Assembly (NCBI GenBank): GCA_963727485.1
Contig: CAVSGM010000011.1
Coordinates: 224,001-288,000, forward strand
Length of the DNA stretch: 64,000 nt
Source of the DNA: an uncultured delta proteobacterium
Lineage (GTDB): Bacteria; Myxococcota; Myxococcia; SLRQ01
Direction of reading: 5' to 3'
Both the position numbers and the translations under genes were made by a program. Of this stretch, positions 30,200-40,420 are shown piece after piece. The notes under the pieces were generated by a model. It saw only the letters and a program-made list of their open reading frames with translations. It made no database searches and had not been told where the DNA came from. How positions within the stretch are numbered: the stretch's first letter is position 1; each line of letters starts with the position of its first letter.

Positions 30200-31529
30200 A
30201 TGGACCTGCTCCTCAAGGGCGCCACCGTCGTCACCATGGATCCCGAGCGCCGGATCCTCGAGGGCGACGTGCTCATCAGCGGCGGCGAGATCCGCGCCGT
30301 GGGCGAGGTCGACCCCGCCTCCGGCACCGGCGCCGTGCGCACCCTCGACTGCCGGGGGAAGGTGATCGATCCCCGGCCTGGTCCAGAGCCACATCCACCT
30401 CTGCCAGACCCTGTTCCGGGGCGCCGCCGACGGCTACGAGCTCCTCGACTGGCTCCGGGAGCGCATCTGGCCCTTCGAGGGCGCCCACACCTACGAGAGC
30501 CTCCGGGCCAGCGCCCGCCTCGGCCTCGCCGAGCTCATCCGCGGCGGCACCACCGCCTGCCTCGACATGGGCACCGTCCACCACCAGGACGCCCTCTTCG
30601 AGGCCGCCGCCGAGGCCGGGTTCCGCCTCACCAGCGGCAAGGCGATGATGGACGTCTCCCGGGGGCTGCCCGCGGGGCTCCGGGAGAGCACCGACGAGTC
30701 GCTGGCCGAGTCCGACGCCCTCCTCGAGCGCTGGCACGGCAAGGGCGGCGGCCGGCTGCGCTACGCCTACGCGCCCCGCTTCGTCCTCTCCTGCACCGAG
30801 CCGCTGCTCCAGCAGGTCGCCGAGCGCGCGGCCGACAAGGGCGTGAAGGTCCACACCCACGCCTCCGAGAACCAGAACGAGATCGAGGCCGTCCGCGAGC
30901 GCTGCGGGATGGACAACGTCGCCTACCTCGACCACCTGGGGCTCTCCGGCGACGGGGTGTGCCTGGCCCACTGCATCTGGGTCACCGCCCACGAGCAGCG
31001 CCTCCTCGCCGACACCGGCACCCACGTCCTCCACTGCCCCTCGAGCAACCTCAAGCTCGGCAGCGGCATCGCCAAGATCCCCGAGCTGATGGAGATGGGG
31101 GTGAAGGTGTCGCTGGGGGCCGACGGCGCGCCCTGCAACAACAACCTCGACGCCTTCATGGAGATGCGCCTCGCCGGGCTCATCCACCTCCCGCGGGTGG
31201 GGCCCACCGGGCTCCCGGCCCAGAAGGTCTTCGAGATGGCCACCCTCGGCGGCGCCCGGGCGCTGGGCCTCGAGGCGCACATCGGCTCCATCGAGGTCGG
31301 CAAGCGCGCCGATCTCGCGCTCCTCGATCTCGGCCGGCCCCACACGGTGCCCGGGGGCGACGACCTCTACGCCCGCCTGGTCTACGCCGCCCGGGCGAGC
31401 GACGTGGAGACCGTCCTCATCGACGGCGAGGTGGTCCTCGACCGGGGCGTGCTGACGACCCTGGACGAGGGCGAGGTCTTGGAGGAAGCTGCCGTCCATG
31501 GGCGGGAGATCGTCCGCCGCTTCGGCTAG
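30200..31529 (+). CDS. Amidohydrolase, 5'-deoxyadenosine/MTA-SAH deaminase-like; one frameshift near 30368
   Basis: PGLVQSHIHLCQ (HxH), HTHASE, HCPSSNLKL, LGADGAPCNN. Confidence 0.85.
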
Positions 31530-31548
31530 CTTCCTGAAGAGGTCACCA

Positions 31549-31992
31549 ATGAAGCGCCTTCGGATCGTCGTGCTCACGGGCGTCGCCTGTGGGCTGCTCT
31601 CTTTCGGGTTCGCGGCCCGGGCCAAGGCCCACCGCCATCACCACGGGCGCCACGAGCAGGTCACCGTCCGCCAGGTGGTCTTCCTCACCCCGGGTGACGG
31701 CTTCGACTTCGGCTCGACCTTCGAGTCCCAGGTCGGCGACGACCACTACCAGTACTGGGAGAAGCTCCGGGACCAGGGGAAGATCGAGATGTCCGGGTAC
31801 TTCGAGGGCACCAAGGGCGAGATGATCGTCGGGGCCCCCGGGGTCGGCGCCGCGGAGATGGAACGCCTGGCCAAGGCCGACCCGGCGGTGAAGAACCTCA
31901 TCGCCACCGTCGAGGTCCGGCGCTGGCTGGTCACCCTCGGGCCCAAGCACCACAAGGCCGACCCCGACGGCCTCGACGACCTGGGGCAGTAG
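31549..31992 (+). CDS. Secreted YciI-like protein
   Basis: Signal peptide; H..Y..KLRDQGKIEMSG...DPAV pattern. Confidence 0.6.
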   Translation: MKRLRIVVLTGVACGLLSFGFAARAKAHRHHHGRHEQVTVRQVVFLTPGDGFDFGSTFESQVGDDHYQYWEKLRDQGKIEMSGYFEGTKGEMIVGAPGVGAAEMERLAKADPAVKNLIATVEVRRWLVTLGPKHHKADPDGLDDLGQ

Positions 31993-31998
31993 GCCTCC

Positions 31999-32718
31999 GT
32001 GAAGGTCCCCTTCACCGTCCACGCCTACGACCTCGATCCCACCGGCCGGGCCCGGCCCCGAGCCCTCCTCGACTGGATGCAGGAGGCCGCGGGGATCCAC
32101 GCCGAGGCCCTGGGGGTCTCCATGGACCGGCTGGTCGACGCCGGGCTGGCCTGGGTCCTCACCCGGCTCTGGGTGCGGGTCGACGCCTGGCCCGGGCTCC
32201 ACGAGGCGGTGGAGGTGGAGACCTGGCCCAGCGAGACCGGCCAGGCGATGGTCCGCCGGGACTTCGTGATCCGGGGGCGGGGCGGGGCGCGCATCGCCGC
32301 GGCGGCGAGCCAGTGGGTGGTGATGCGCCTGGAGACGAGGCGCCTGGGGCGCCTCCCCGAGTTCATCCGTGCCGTCCCCGCGCAGGGCGAGCGCATGCTC
32401 GGCGAGACCTTCCCCAAGCCCGAGGCCCCGGCGTCGCCGGTGACCGGGGCGCGGTTTCTCGCCCGGCGCGACGACCTCGACCGGGTGGGCCACGTGAACA
32501 ACGCGGTCCTCGGGGCCTGGGTCGCCGAGAGCGCCCCCGAGGCGGTGACCCGGGGCCGCCGCCTCGAGGAGCTGCGCCTCACCTTCCGCCACGAGTGCGT
32601 CGCCGGCGACGCCGTGCGCGCCGAGATCGAGGACACCGGCACCGAGGTCGTCCGCCACCGGCTGGTGCGCGAGGCGGACGGCGCCGAGCTGGTCCTCGCC
32701 CGGACCCACTGGGTCTAG
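31999..32718 (+). CDS. Acyl-ACP thioesterase (double hotdog fold)
   Basis: MQEAAGIHA, WVLTR, VETW, DLDRVGHVNN. Confidence 0.88.
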   Translation: MKVPFTVHAYDLDPTGRARPRALLDWMQEAAGIHAEALGVSMDRLVDAGLAWVLTRLWVRVDAWPGLHEAVEVETWPSETGQAMVRRDFVIRGRGGARIAAAASQWVVMRLETRRLGRLPEFIRAVPAQGERMLGETFPKPEAPASPVTGARFLARRDDLDRVGHVNNAVLGAWVAESAPEAVTRGRRLEELRLTFRHECVAGDAVRAEIEDTGTEVVRHRLVREADGAELVLARTHWV

Positions 32719-32722
32719 GCGC

Positions 32723-33889
32723 CTACGCCGAGGTCGCCTCGGCGGTGGTCCCGTGGCGCTTGTAGGCCTCGGCGAGGGCCCGGGCCAGGGCCCCGGTGCC
32801 GAAGAGCACCGCGATCACCGCCACCACCGGCCCCAGGAAGGGCACGGTGCCGACGAGGATCAACAGGGCCAGCCCCAGGAGCAGGGACAGGGCCGGGTGG
32901 ACGGCGTGCCGGCCGAAGCGCTCGAGGATCCACCGGCCGAGGCCGGCGCCGGCCAGCACGTAGCCCACCCCCAGGGCCAGGACGTAGGCCCCGAAGAAGA
33001 GGGCGCCGACCCACCACCCGGCGATGAGCCACCCCAGGCCCCCGACCAGCAGGCCCACCGCCGGGACCCCCACGGCGAAGGCGACGCCGATGCCGAGATC
33101 CGCCCAGGGCTTCTCCGAGAGCTTGGTCAGCCCCTTGCGGCTGAACCAGGGGAAGAGGAGCACCAGGAGCAGGCCCAGGGTCAGGGCCCCGAGGAAGCGC
33201 CGGAGGCGCTGGAGGAGCACCCAGGCCGCGGGGGTCGCGCCCCCCTCGGCCGGGGTCGGGGCGGTGCGGACCACCGAGCCGCCGACCGTCGCCCCGGGAT
33301 CGCGCTCCACGCCGTTGGGGCTGGTGAAGCGCACGTCGCCCTTGACCTCCGAGCCGGCGCCCAGGGTGAGCTGCGCCACCCGGCCGGTGACGTTCCGGCC
33401 CACGGTGCCCATGAGGCTCACGTCCCCGGCGCCGAGGCGCAGGTCGCGGCCCACCGCCCCGTCGATGCGCGCCTGGCCGCCGCCCACCAGGACGTCGCCG
33501 GCGACGGTGGTGCCGGCGCGGACCACCAGGGCCCCGCCCCCGAAGAGGAGGTCCCGGCCCACGTTGCCCTGGAGCACCAGGTTGCCCCCGACGACCCGGA
33601 CCGTGCCGCCCACCGGGCCGCTGACGGTGACGTTGCCCCCGGCGACGAAGAGGTCCCGGGCGACCGGCCCGGTCACGTCGACCTGGCCCCCGAAGACCAC
33701 CAGGTCGCCGTCGACGGTGCCGTGGACCTCCGCCTGGCCCCCGAAGACGTAGAGGTCGTCGTGGATGGTCTCCCCGAGGGGGACGACCACCCGTCCGTCG
33801 CCCTTCACCGTGGCGGCGCGTGCCGACTGCGAGACGAGCGCGGCCAGGGCGATGGCCCCGGCCGCGAGGAAGCGTGTGAAGCGATCCAT
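32723..33889 (-). CDS. Membrane protein with beta-helical (bactofilin-like/polymer-forming) repeats
   Basis: Signal peptide, repeated GDLxxxGGxVxxxG units, multi-TM C-terminus. Confidence 0.75.
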   Translation of the reverse strand: MDRFTRFLAAGAIALAALVSQSARAATVKGDGRVVVPLGETIHDDLYVFGGQAEVHGTVDGDLVVFGGQVDVTGPVARDLFVAGGNVTVSGPVGGTVRVVGGNLVLQGNVGRDLLFGGGALVVRAGTTVAGDVLVGGGQARIDGAVGRDLRLGAGDVSLMGTVGRNVTGRVAQLTLGAGSEVKGDVRFTSPNGVERDPGATVGGSVVRTAPTPAEGGATPAAWVLLQRLRRFLGALTLGLLLVLLFPWFSRKGLTKLSEKPWADLGIGVAFAVGVPAVGLLVGGLGWLIAGWWVGALFFGAYVLALGVGYVLAGAGLGRWILERFGRHAVHPALSLLLGLALLILVGTVPFLGPVVAVIAVLFGTGALARALAEAYKRHGTTAEATSA

Positions 33890-33902
33890 GATTCCCCCCA
33901 GT

Positions 33903-34313
33903 TCACGGGCCGAGCCCCACCCAGGTGGACCCGTCCCGGAAGATCTCCCGCTTCCATATAGGGACGTCCGCCTTGAGACGCTCGATGGCGTGGCGACAGC
34001 CCTCGAAGGCCTCGGCCCGGTGGGCGCCGGCGACGGCGATGGCCACCGCCACCTCGCCGATGGCGAGCGTGCCCACCCGGTGGAGGATCGCGACCCGGGT
34101 GCCGGGCCACCGGGCGGTGATCTCGTCGCCAATCTCCCGGAGGACCTTCTCGGCCATGGGCCGGTAGGCCTCGTACTCCAGGCGCACCACGTCCTTGCCG
34201 TGGCTGTGGTCCCGGACCCGGCCGGTGAAGGTGACCACGCCCCCGAGGCCCGGGTCGGCGACCGCGGCGACCACCTCGTCCTCGGCCACCGGCCGCTCGA
34301 CCACCTGGAACAT
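33903..34313 (-). CDS. moaE: Molybdopterin synthase catalytic subunit
   Basis: FTGRVRD, LEYEAY, HRVG, HRAEAF, LKADVPIWKRE. Confidence 0.95.
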   Translation of the reverse strand: MFQVVERPVAEDEVVAAVADPGLGGVVTFTGRVRDHSHGKDVVRLEYEAYRPMAEKVLREIGDEITARWPGTRVAILHRVGTLAIGEVAVAIAVAGAHRAEAFEGCRHAIERLKADVPIWKREIFRDGSTWVGLGP

Positions 34314-34562
34314 TCAGCCTCCGGAGACCGGGGGGATGAGGGCGACCTCGTCCCCGTCGGCGAGGGGGGCGTCGCCTCGGACGAAGGCCTCGTTGACCGC
34401 GAAGCGCAGGTGCCGGCGGAGGCCCCCGAGGGCCGGGTGGCGGGCGACGAGGGCGTCGCCGAGGGCGTGGACCGTGGCCCCGTCGTCGAGGGTGAGGCGC
34501 TCCTCGGAGGCGCCCCCGGCCCGGTCCCGGGCGGCGGCGAAGTAGAGGACCCGGATCTCCAT
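34314..34562 (-). CDS. moaD: Molybdopterin synthase sulfur carrier subunit
   Basis: MEIRVLYFAAAR...DGDEVALIPPVSGG with C-terminal GG. Confidence 0.95.
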   Translation of the reverse strand: MEIRVLYFAAARDRAGGASEERLTLDDGATVHALGDALVARHPALGGLRRHLRFAVNEAFVRGDAPLADGDEVALIPPVSGG

Positions 34563-34634
34563 GCCGGGATGGTTGCACACCCCCGCTCGTTCCTGCAAAG
34601 ATGCCCGTTTCCCTTGGGAAACAAGGACCCGCCC

Positions 34635-36242
34635 ATGCCCCTGCCCAGACGCCTGCCTTTCGCCCTCGGCCTCGTGCTCCTGCTCTCCGCCTGCCCCTCG
34701 GGGTCCAAGGGTGGCGGCGGGGCCGACGCCGGCGGTCCACAGGGCAACGACGGGGGCCAGGTCCAGGGCGACGGCGGCGGGGGCGGCGGGGGCACCGACG
34801 GCGGGGTCACCGACGGCGGCAACGGGAGCTGCACCCCGGGCCTGGGGCAGTGCGGCGCCGGGAAGTACTGCGACGCCACCGGGGCCTGCGTCGCCGGGGG
34901 CCAATGCGACCCGGCCTACGGCAACAGCAACTGCAACTACCCCAGCGACGGCGCCGGCTGCGGCGGGGCCACCACCGAGGACTGCTACTGCGACCCGGGG
35001 GACAAGAGCTGCAAGCCGCGCCTCGCCCTCTGCCAGACGTGCATGAGCGACGCCCAGTGCGGGAGCAACCCCAACTACTTCACCGAGCCGCGGTCCTGCA
35101 CCTCCTTCAACGGCTCCAAGGTCTGCCTCACCCCGGCCGGCCAGCAGGCCTGCCCCCGGGGCTACCAGCCGGACACCACCGGCACCTGGTGCGTGCCCAA
35201 CTCCGGGGCCTGCGGCACCGCCACCGTGTGCAACTCCGACGCGGACTGCCCGGCGGCGACGCCCATCTGCAACAAGAGCTCGGGGACCTGCAAGGACGCC
35301 TGCGTCTTCGACCTGAAGACCGGCGACTCCTCGTGCCCCACCGGCCAGGTCTGCGACGAGGACGGCCACTGCCGGGCCCCCTGCGACCCGACGAACGACC
35401 AGTGCAGCAAGCTCGACCCCAGCTACGTGTGCAAGCAGGACACCGGCGGCGTCTACCGCTGCCGGATCTCCGGCTGCCTCGGCGACTCCGAGTGCCCGGT
35501 GGACCCGACCACCCCCTACGTCGCCTACTGTGATCTGAACGCCCACCAGTGCGTCAGCGACAGCTGCCGCAGCGACGCCGACTGCAAGAGCGGCAACGCC
35601 TGCAACACCACCAACAAGTGCGTGGCCATGACCTGCAAGCAGCGCGGGGGCACGGCGCTGTCCTGCGGCCTCAAGGAGTACTGCTGCGACGACCCCATCC
35701 CCTGCGACGGCTCCGAGACCCCGGCCACCGACGGGCTCCAGGGCTGCGTGATGGCGCCCAACCCGCCCTGGTGCCAGAGCTGCAGCCAGCGACACCGACT
35801 GCACCTTCCAGTCAGCCCCCACAAGGACGACCCCCGCGACAAGAACCTCTGCTTCAGCAGCAAGTGCGCCAACACCTGCGCCACCGCCGACGACTGCCCC
35901 CGGGGCTGGAGCTGCATGCCCATCGAGGCGGGCTGCGACCCGACCCAGCAGAACCAGTGCGGCACCGCCGGCCAGTGCGTCGACGACGGCCAGTTCGGGA
36001 AGGCCTGCACCCAGGCGAGCGACTGCGGGAGCGGGAGCAACGTCAGCTGCAAGCCGAACCCCAGCGACGGCAACAAGATGGAGTGCTACACGGCGATGAA
36101 CGTGTGCAGCTGCGCCGACGCCAGCGGCGCCCCCCAGGACGCCAACTGCCCCTCCGGCGACCGCTGCGCCCAGATCGGCGTCAACAAGTACCGGTGCGTC
36201 CAGAGCAAGGTCTGCATCGACAGCCCGGGCACCTGCAAGTAG
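34635..36242 (+). CDS. Cysteine-rich repeat lipoprotein
   Basis: Lipobox LLSAC, DGG/Gly-rich linker, many CxxDxxC repeats. Confidence 0.85.
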   Translation: MPLPRRLPFALGLVLLLSACPSGSKGGGGADAGGPQGNDGGQVQGDGGGGGGGTDGGVTDGGNGSCTPGLGQCGAGKYCDATGACVAGGQCDPAYGNSNCNYPSDGAGCGGATTEDCYCDPGDKSCKPRLALCQTCMSDAQCGSNPNYFTEPRSCTSFNGSKVCLTPAGQQACPRGYQPDTTGTWCVPNSGACGTATVCNSDADCPAATPICNKSSGTCKDACVFDLKTGDSSCPTGQVCDEDGHCRAPCDPTNDQCSKLDPSYVCKQDTGGVYRCRISGCLGDSECPVDPTTPYVAYCDLNAHQCVSDSCRSDADCKSGNACNTTNKCVAMTCKQRGGTALSCGLKEYCCDDPIPCDGSETPATDGLQGCVMAPNPPWCQSCSQRHRLHLPVSPHKDDPRDKNLCFSSKCANTCATADDCPRGWSCMPIEAGCDPTQQNQCGTAGQCVDDGQFGKACTQASDCGSGSNVSCKPNPSDGNKMECYTAMNVCSCADASGAPQDANCPSGDRCAQIGVNKYRCVQSKVCIDSPGTCK

Positions 36243-36288
36243 GCCCGGTCACTTGCGGTAGGCACCTCGGGGCTTAGCACAAGGCGGC

Positions 36289-38091
36289 ATGACCACGGCC
36301 TCTGGCGCGGCGCCGGGCGAACGGCGGATCCGGGACTACTTCCGGCGCTACCGCGGCGCGTTCGCCGTGGGGTTCGTGTTCCTGGTGCTGACGAACCTCT
36401 TGGCGCTGTCCATCCCCTGGCTCCTCAAGGAGGCCATCGACGCCCTCTCCGGGGCGTCGGCCGGGGGCTACCACGCGGCCATCCGCTTCGCCGCCTTCAT
36501 GGGCGGGGCGGCGGTGGTGATGGCGGCCACGCGCATCACCTCGCGGATCCTGGTGTTCAACGCCGGGCGCCGGGTCGAGTACGACATGCGCTCCGAGCTC
36601 TTCGCCCACCTCTCGACCCTCTCGCCGGGGTTCTTCCAGCGGCGGTCGGTGGGCGACGTGATGAGCCGCGCGGTCAACGACCTGGGGCAGGTGCGGGCGC
36701 TGCTCGGCCCGGGGATCCTCAACCTCATCAACACCGGCGTCGCCTACGTGGTGGGCATCTCGCTGATGGTCGCCATCGACTGGCGCCTCACCCTCGCCGC
36801 GCTCATCCCCTACCCGCTGCTGATCTTCGCCGCCCGGCGCTTCGGGGGGCGCCTGTTCAAGAAGTCGCGGAAGGTGCAGGAGAGCCTCGGCGACCTGTCC
36901 ACCTACATCCAGGAGAACCTCGCCGGGCAGCAGGTGGTCAAGAGCTACGTCCGGGAGGCGTCGGCGGTGGCGGGCTTCGAGCGGGAGAACGACATCCTCC
37001 TCGGGCGGAGCCTCGACCTCGCCTTCACCCGGGGGCTGATGGTCCCGATCTTCGGCCTGGTCGGCGGGGTGGGGACCCTGGCGGTGCTCTGGTACGGCGG
37101 CGCCCAGGTGATCCGCGGGCACATCACCCTGGGGAGCCTCGTCGCCTTCAACGGCTACCTCGCCCACCTCGCCTGGCCCACCATCGCCCTGGGGTGGATG
37201 CTCTCCATGTGGCAGCGGGGGATGTCGGCGATGGCGCGCCTCAACGAGCTCTTCCGCGCCCGCCCCGACATCGAGGACCGGGAGGTCGACGACGTCGGCG
37301 AGCTCGCCGGACACCTCACGCTGAAGCACCTCACCTTCACCTACCCGGGCACCGACCACCCGGCCCTCGCCGACCTCGTCCTCGACGTCCCCGCCGGGAG
37401 CACGCTGGGCATCGTGGGGCTCACCGGGGCCGGCAAGTCGACCCTGGTCGACCTGCTGCCGCGCCTCAAGGTGGTCCCCGAGGGGCAGCTCTTCGTCGAC
37501 GGCCACGACGTGTGCCGGGTGCCCCTGGCCCAGCTCCGGAGCGCCATCGGCTACGCCCCCCAGGACCCGTTCCTCTTCTCGGCGACCATCGCCGACAACA
37601 TCGCCTTCGCCCGCCCCGACGCCTCCCGGGCCGAGATCGAGCGGGCGGCGAAGGTCGCCGCGGTCCATGACGACATCCTCGCCTTTCCCCACGGCTACGA
37701 GACCCTGGTGGGCGAGCGGGGCATCACGCTGTCCGGGGGCCAGCGGCAGCGGGTGGCGCTGGCCCGGGCGCTCCTCAAGGCGCCGAAGATCCTCATCCTC
37801 GACGACAGCCTCTCCTCGGTGGACGCCGACACCGAGGCCCGGATCCTCGAGGCCCTCCCCGAGGTCCTCGGAGGGCGCACCAGCATCGTGGTGAGCCACC
37901 GGATCGCCGCGGTGCAGGGGTCCGACCAGATCATCGTCCTCGACCACGGGCGCATCGTGCAGCGGGGCACCCACGCCGAGCTCACCGGTTCGGACGGGCT
38001 CTACGCGGACCTCTGGCGCCGGCAGCGCCTGGAGGCCGAGCTCGAGGGGACCGACGAGACCCCGGGCTTCCGGGAGGCCGCCGATGGCTAG
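36289..38091 (+). CDS. ABC exporter, fused permease/ATPase, subunit 1
   Basis: TM domain, GLTGAGKS, LSGGQRQR, LDDSLS. Confidence 0.93.
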   Translation: MTTASGAAPGERRIRDYFRRYRGAFAVGFVFLVLTNLLALSIPWLLKEAIDALSGASAGGYHAAIRFAAFMGGAAVVMAATRITSRILVFNAGRRVEYDMRSELFAHLSTLSPGFFQRRSVGDVMSRAVNDLGQVRALLGPGILNLINTGVAYVVGISLMVAIDWRLTLAALIPYPLLIFAARRFGGRLFKKSRKVQESLGDLSTYIQENLAGQQVVKSYVREASAVAGFERENDILLGRSLDLAFTRGLMVPIFGLVGGVGTLAVLWYGGAQVIRGHITLGSLVAFNGYLAHLAWPTIALGWMLSMWQRGMSAMARLNELFRARPDIEDREVDDVGELAGHLTLKHLTFTYPGTDHPALADLVLDVPAGSTLGIVGLTGAGKSTLVDLLPRLKVVPEGQLFVDGHDVCRVPLAQLRSAIGYAPQDPFLFSATIADNIAFARPDASRAEIERAAKVAAVHDDILAFPHGYETLVGERGITLSGGQRQRVALARALLKAPKILILDDSLSSVDADTEARILEALPEVLGGRTSIVVSHRIAAVQGSDQIIVLDHGRIVQRGTHAELTGSDGLYADLWRRQRLEAELEGTDETPGFREAADG

Positions 38092-39985
38092 GGACGGGTC
38101 CACCGACGCGAAGGCCACCGACCCGAAGGCCACCAGCGAGGCCAAGGCCGCCCAGGTGCTCCAGGCCGAGGAGACCCTGGGCCGGGCCTACGACGCGAGG
38201 CTCATCCGCCGGCTCTGGGGCTACGTCCGGGGCTACAAGGGCTTCTTCTTCGGGGCGCTCGCCCTCATCCCCCTGGTGACCGCGGCGCAGCTCGCCCAGC
38301 CCTACCTCCTCAAGATCGCCATCGACCAGCACATCGCCGTCCACAAGCTGGCGGGGCTGACCACCGTGGCGCTGCTCTTCCTGGCGGCGCTGGGGGTGCA
38401 GCTGCTCGCCACCTTCGGGGAGATGTACCTGCTCCAGGCCCTGGGCGTGAAGTCGATGAACGACCTGCGCATCCACGTGTTCCGCCACGTGCAGGCGCTC
38501 CCCCAGCGCTACTTCGACCGGGTGCCGCTGGGCCGGGTGATGACCCGGATGACCAACGACATCGAGAACATCACCGAGATGTTCGCCAGCGGCGTGGTCA
38601 CCATGCTCGCCGACCTGGTGACCCTCACCGGGATCATGGCGGTGATGCTCTGGATCAACTGGCGCCTGGCCCTGGTGTCCCTCTCGGTGGTGCCGGTGCT
38701 CCTGGTGCTGGTCAACGTCTTCCGCCTCAAGAGCCGGGAGGCATTCCGTTCCACCCGCCTGCTCATCGCCCGGATCAACGCCTACCTCCAGGAGCACCTC
38801 TCCGGCATCCCGGTGGTCCAGGCCTTCGTCCGGGAGCGGCACAACTTCGAGGTCTTCGACGCGGTCAACGCCGAGTACCGCGACGCCTACTTCGTCGCCA
38901 TCCGCTACGACGCCATGCTCTACGCGGTGGTGGAGATGATCGGCTCGCTGGCGGTGGCCGGGATCGTCTGGTACGCCGGCGGCCGCATCGTCCAGGGGCT
39001 GATGACCTTCGGGACCCTGGTGGCCTTCATCGAGTACATCGACAAGTTCTTCATCCCCATCCGGGACCTGTCGTCCAAGTACACGGTGATGCAGTCGGCG
39101 ATGGCGAGCGCCGAGCGGGTGTTCACCCTCCTCGACCACCCGGCGGCCCCCGGGGCCCGGGGCGCGGAGGCGGGGGCGGACGCCGGCGCGGCCGCGGCCT
39201 CCGGCGACGCCATCCACTTCGGCGACGCCATCCGCTTCGAGGACGTCCACTTCGCCTACAAGGACGGCGAGCCGGTGCTCCACGGGGTGGACCTCACGGT
39301 GCGCCGGGGGGAGCGGGTGGCCCTGGTGGGCGCCACCGGCTCCGGGAAGAGCACCCTCATCCGGCTGCTCACCCGCCTCTACGAGCTCCCGGGCAATCCC
39401 GCCGCCGGGCGGATCACCGTCGACGGGACGGACCTCCGGGACCTCGATCCCAAGGCCCTGCGCCGGCTCTTCGCGGTGGTCCTCCAGGACCCGTTCCTCT
39501 TCCAGGGGACCATCGCCACCAACGTCACCCTCGACGACCCGACCCTCACCCGGGCCCAGGTCGAGGCGGCGGCGGCGCGGGTGCGCCTCGACCAGGTGGC
39601 CGCCGATCGCCCCGAGGGCCTCGATGCGCCGGTGGGCGAGCGCGGGGGCAACCTCTCCACCGGCGAGCGGCAGCTGGTGGCGTTTGCCCGGGCGCTGGTC
39701 CGGGACCCGCCGGTGCTGGTCCTCGACGAGGCCACCGCCAGCGTCGACTCGGAGACCGAGGCGCTGGTGCAGGAGGCGGTGGAGAAGCTCCTCGAGGGGC
39801 GCACCGCCATCGTCATCGCCCACCGCCTCTCGACCATCGAGCGGGTGGACCGGGTGGTGGTGATGCACCACGGCCGGGTGGTCGAGGAGGGGACCCACGC
39901 CGAGCTGCTGGCCCAGGGCGGGATCTACGCGCGCCTCTACCAGCTCCAGTACGCGGCGGTGGAAGGCGAGCGGCAGGCGGGGTAG
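38084..39985 (+). CDS. ABC exporter, fused permease/ATPase, subunit 2 (heterodimer partner)
   Basis: GATGSGKS, LSTGERQ, LDEATAS, IAHRLST. Confidence 0.93.
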   Translation: MARDGSTDAKATDPKATSEAKAAQVLQAEETLGRAYDARLIRRLWGYVRGYKGFFFGALALIPLVTAAQLAQPYLLKIAIDQHIAVHKLAGLTTVALLFLAALGVQLLATFGEMYLLQALGVKSMNDLRIHVFRHVQALPQRYFDRVPLGRVMTRMTNDIENITEMFASGVVTMLADLVTLTGIMAVMLWINWRLALVSLSVVPVLLVLVNVFRLKSREAFRSTRLLIARINAYLQEHLSGIPVVQAFVRERHNFEVFDAVNAEYRDAYFVAIRYDAMLYAVVEMIGSLAVAGIVWYAGGRIVQGLMTFGTLVAFIEYIDKFFIPIRDLSSKYTVMQSAMASAERVFTLLDHPAAPGARGAEAGADAGAAAASGDAIHFGDAIRFEDVHFAYKDGEPVLHGVDLTVRRGERVALVGATGSGKSTLIRLLTRLYELPGNPAAGRITVDGTDLRDLDPKALRRLFAVVLQDPFLFQGTIATNVTLDDPTLTRAQVEAAAARVRLDQVAADRPEGLDAPVGERGGNLSTGERQLVAFARALVRDPPVLVLDEATASVDSETEALVQEAVEKLLEGRTAIVIAHRLSTIERVDRVVVMHHGRVVEEGTHAELLAQGGIYARLYQLQYAAVEGERQAG

Positions 39986-39994
39986 AAGGCGGGC

Positions 39995-40420
39995 ATGGCG
40001 CTCCCGGTCGGTCCCGCTCCCACCGTCGACGTGGTCATCGAGGTCGACGGCCGCATCGTCCTCGTCCGCCGGAAGCACCCGCCGCTGGGCTGGGCGCTGC
40101 CCGGTGGCTTCGTGGACGTGGGCGAGACCGTCCCCCACGCGGCCGTCCGCGAGGCCCGGGAGGAGACGGGCCTCGAGGTCGAGCTCCAGGCCCTCCTCGG
40201 CGTCTACTCCAATCCGGCCCGGGATCCCCGGCGCCACACCATGAGCGTGGTCTACGTGGGCCGGGCCCAGGGGGCGCCCACCGGGGGCGACGACGCCGCC
40301 GAGGCGCGCCTCTTCGACCCCGACGACCCCGGGGTCGAGCTCTGCTTCGACCACGGGCAGATCCTCGCCGACTACCGCCGCTTCCGGGACACCGGCGACC
40401 GGCCCGAGGTGACCCGATGA
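39995..40420 (+). CDS. NUDIX hydrolase
   Basis: Nudix box PGGFVDVGETVPHAAVREAREETGL. Confidence 0.92.
   Translation: MALPVGPAPTVDVVIEVDGRIVLVRRKHPPLGWALPGGFVDVGETVPHAAVREAREETGLEVELQALLGVYSNPARDPRRHTMSVVYVGRAQGAPTGGDDAAEARLFDPDDPGVELCFDHGQILADYRRFRDTGDRPEVTR

Noticed and set aside
39203..39238. 18-bp tandem duplication (GDAIHF GDAIRF) in the ABC linker, plus 15-bp repeats near 38100-38140
   Set aside because: Small in-frame duplications in flexible regions with no evident significance.
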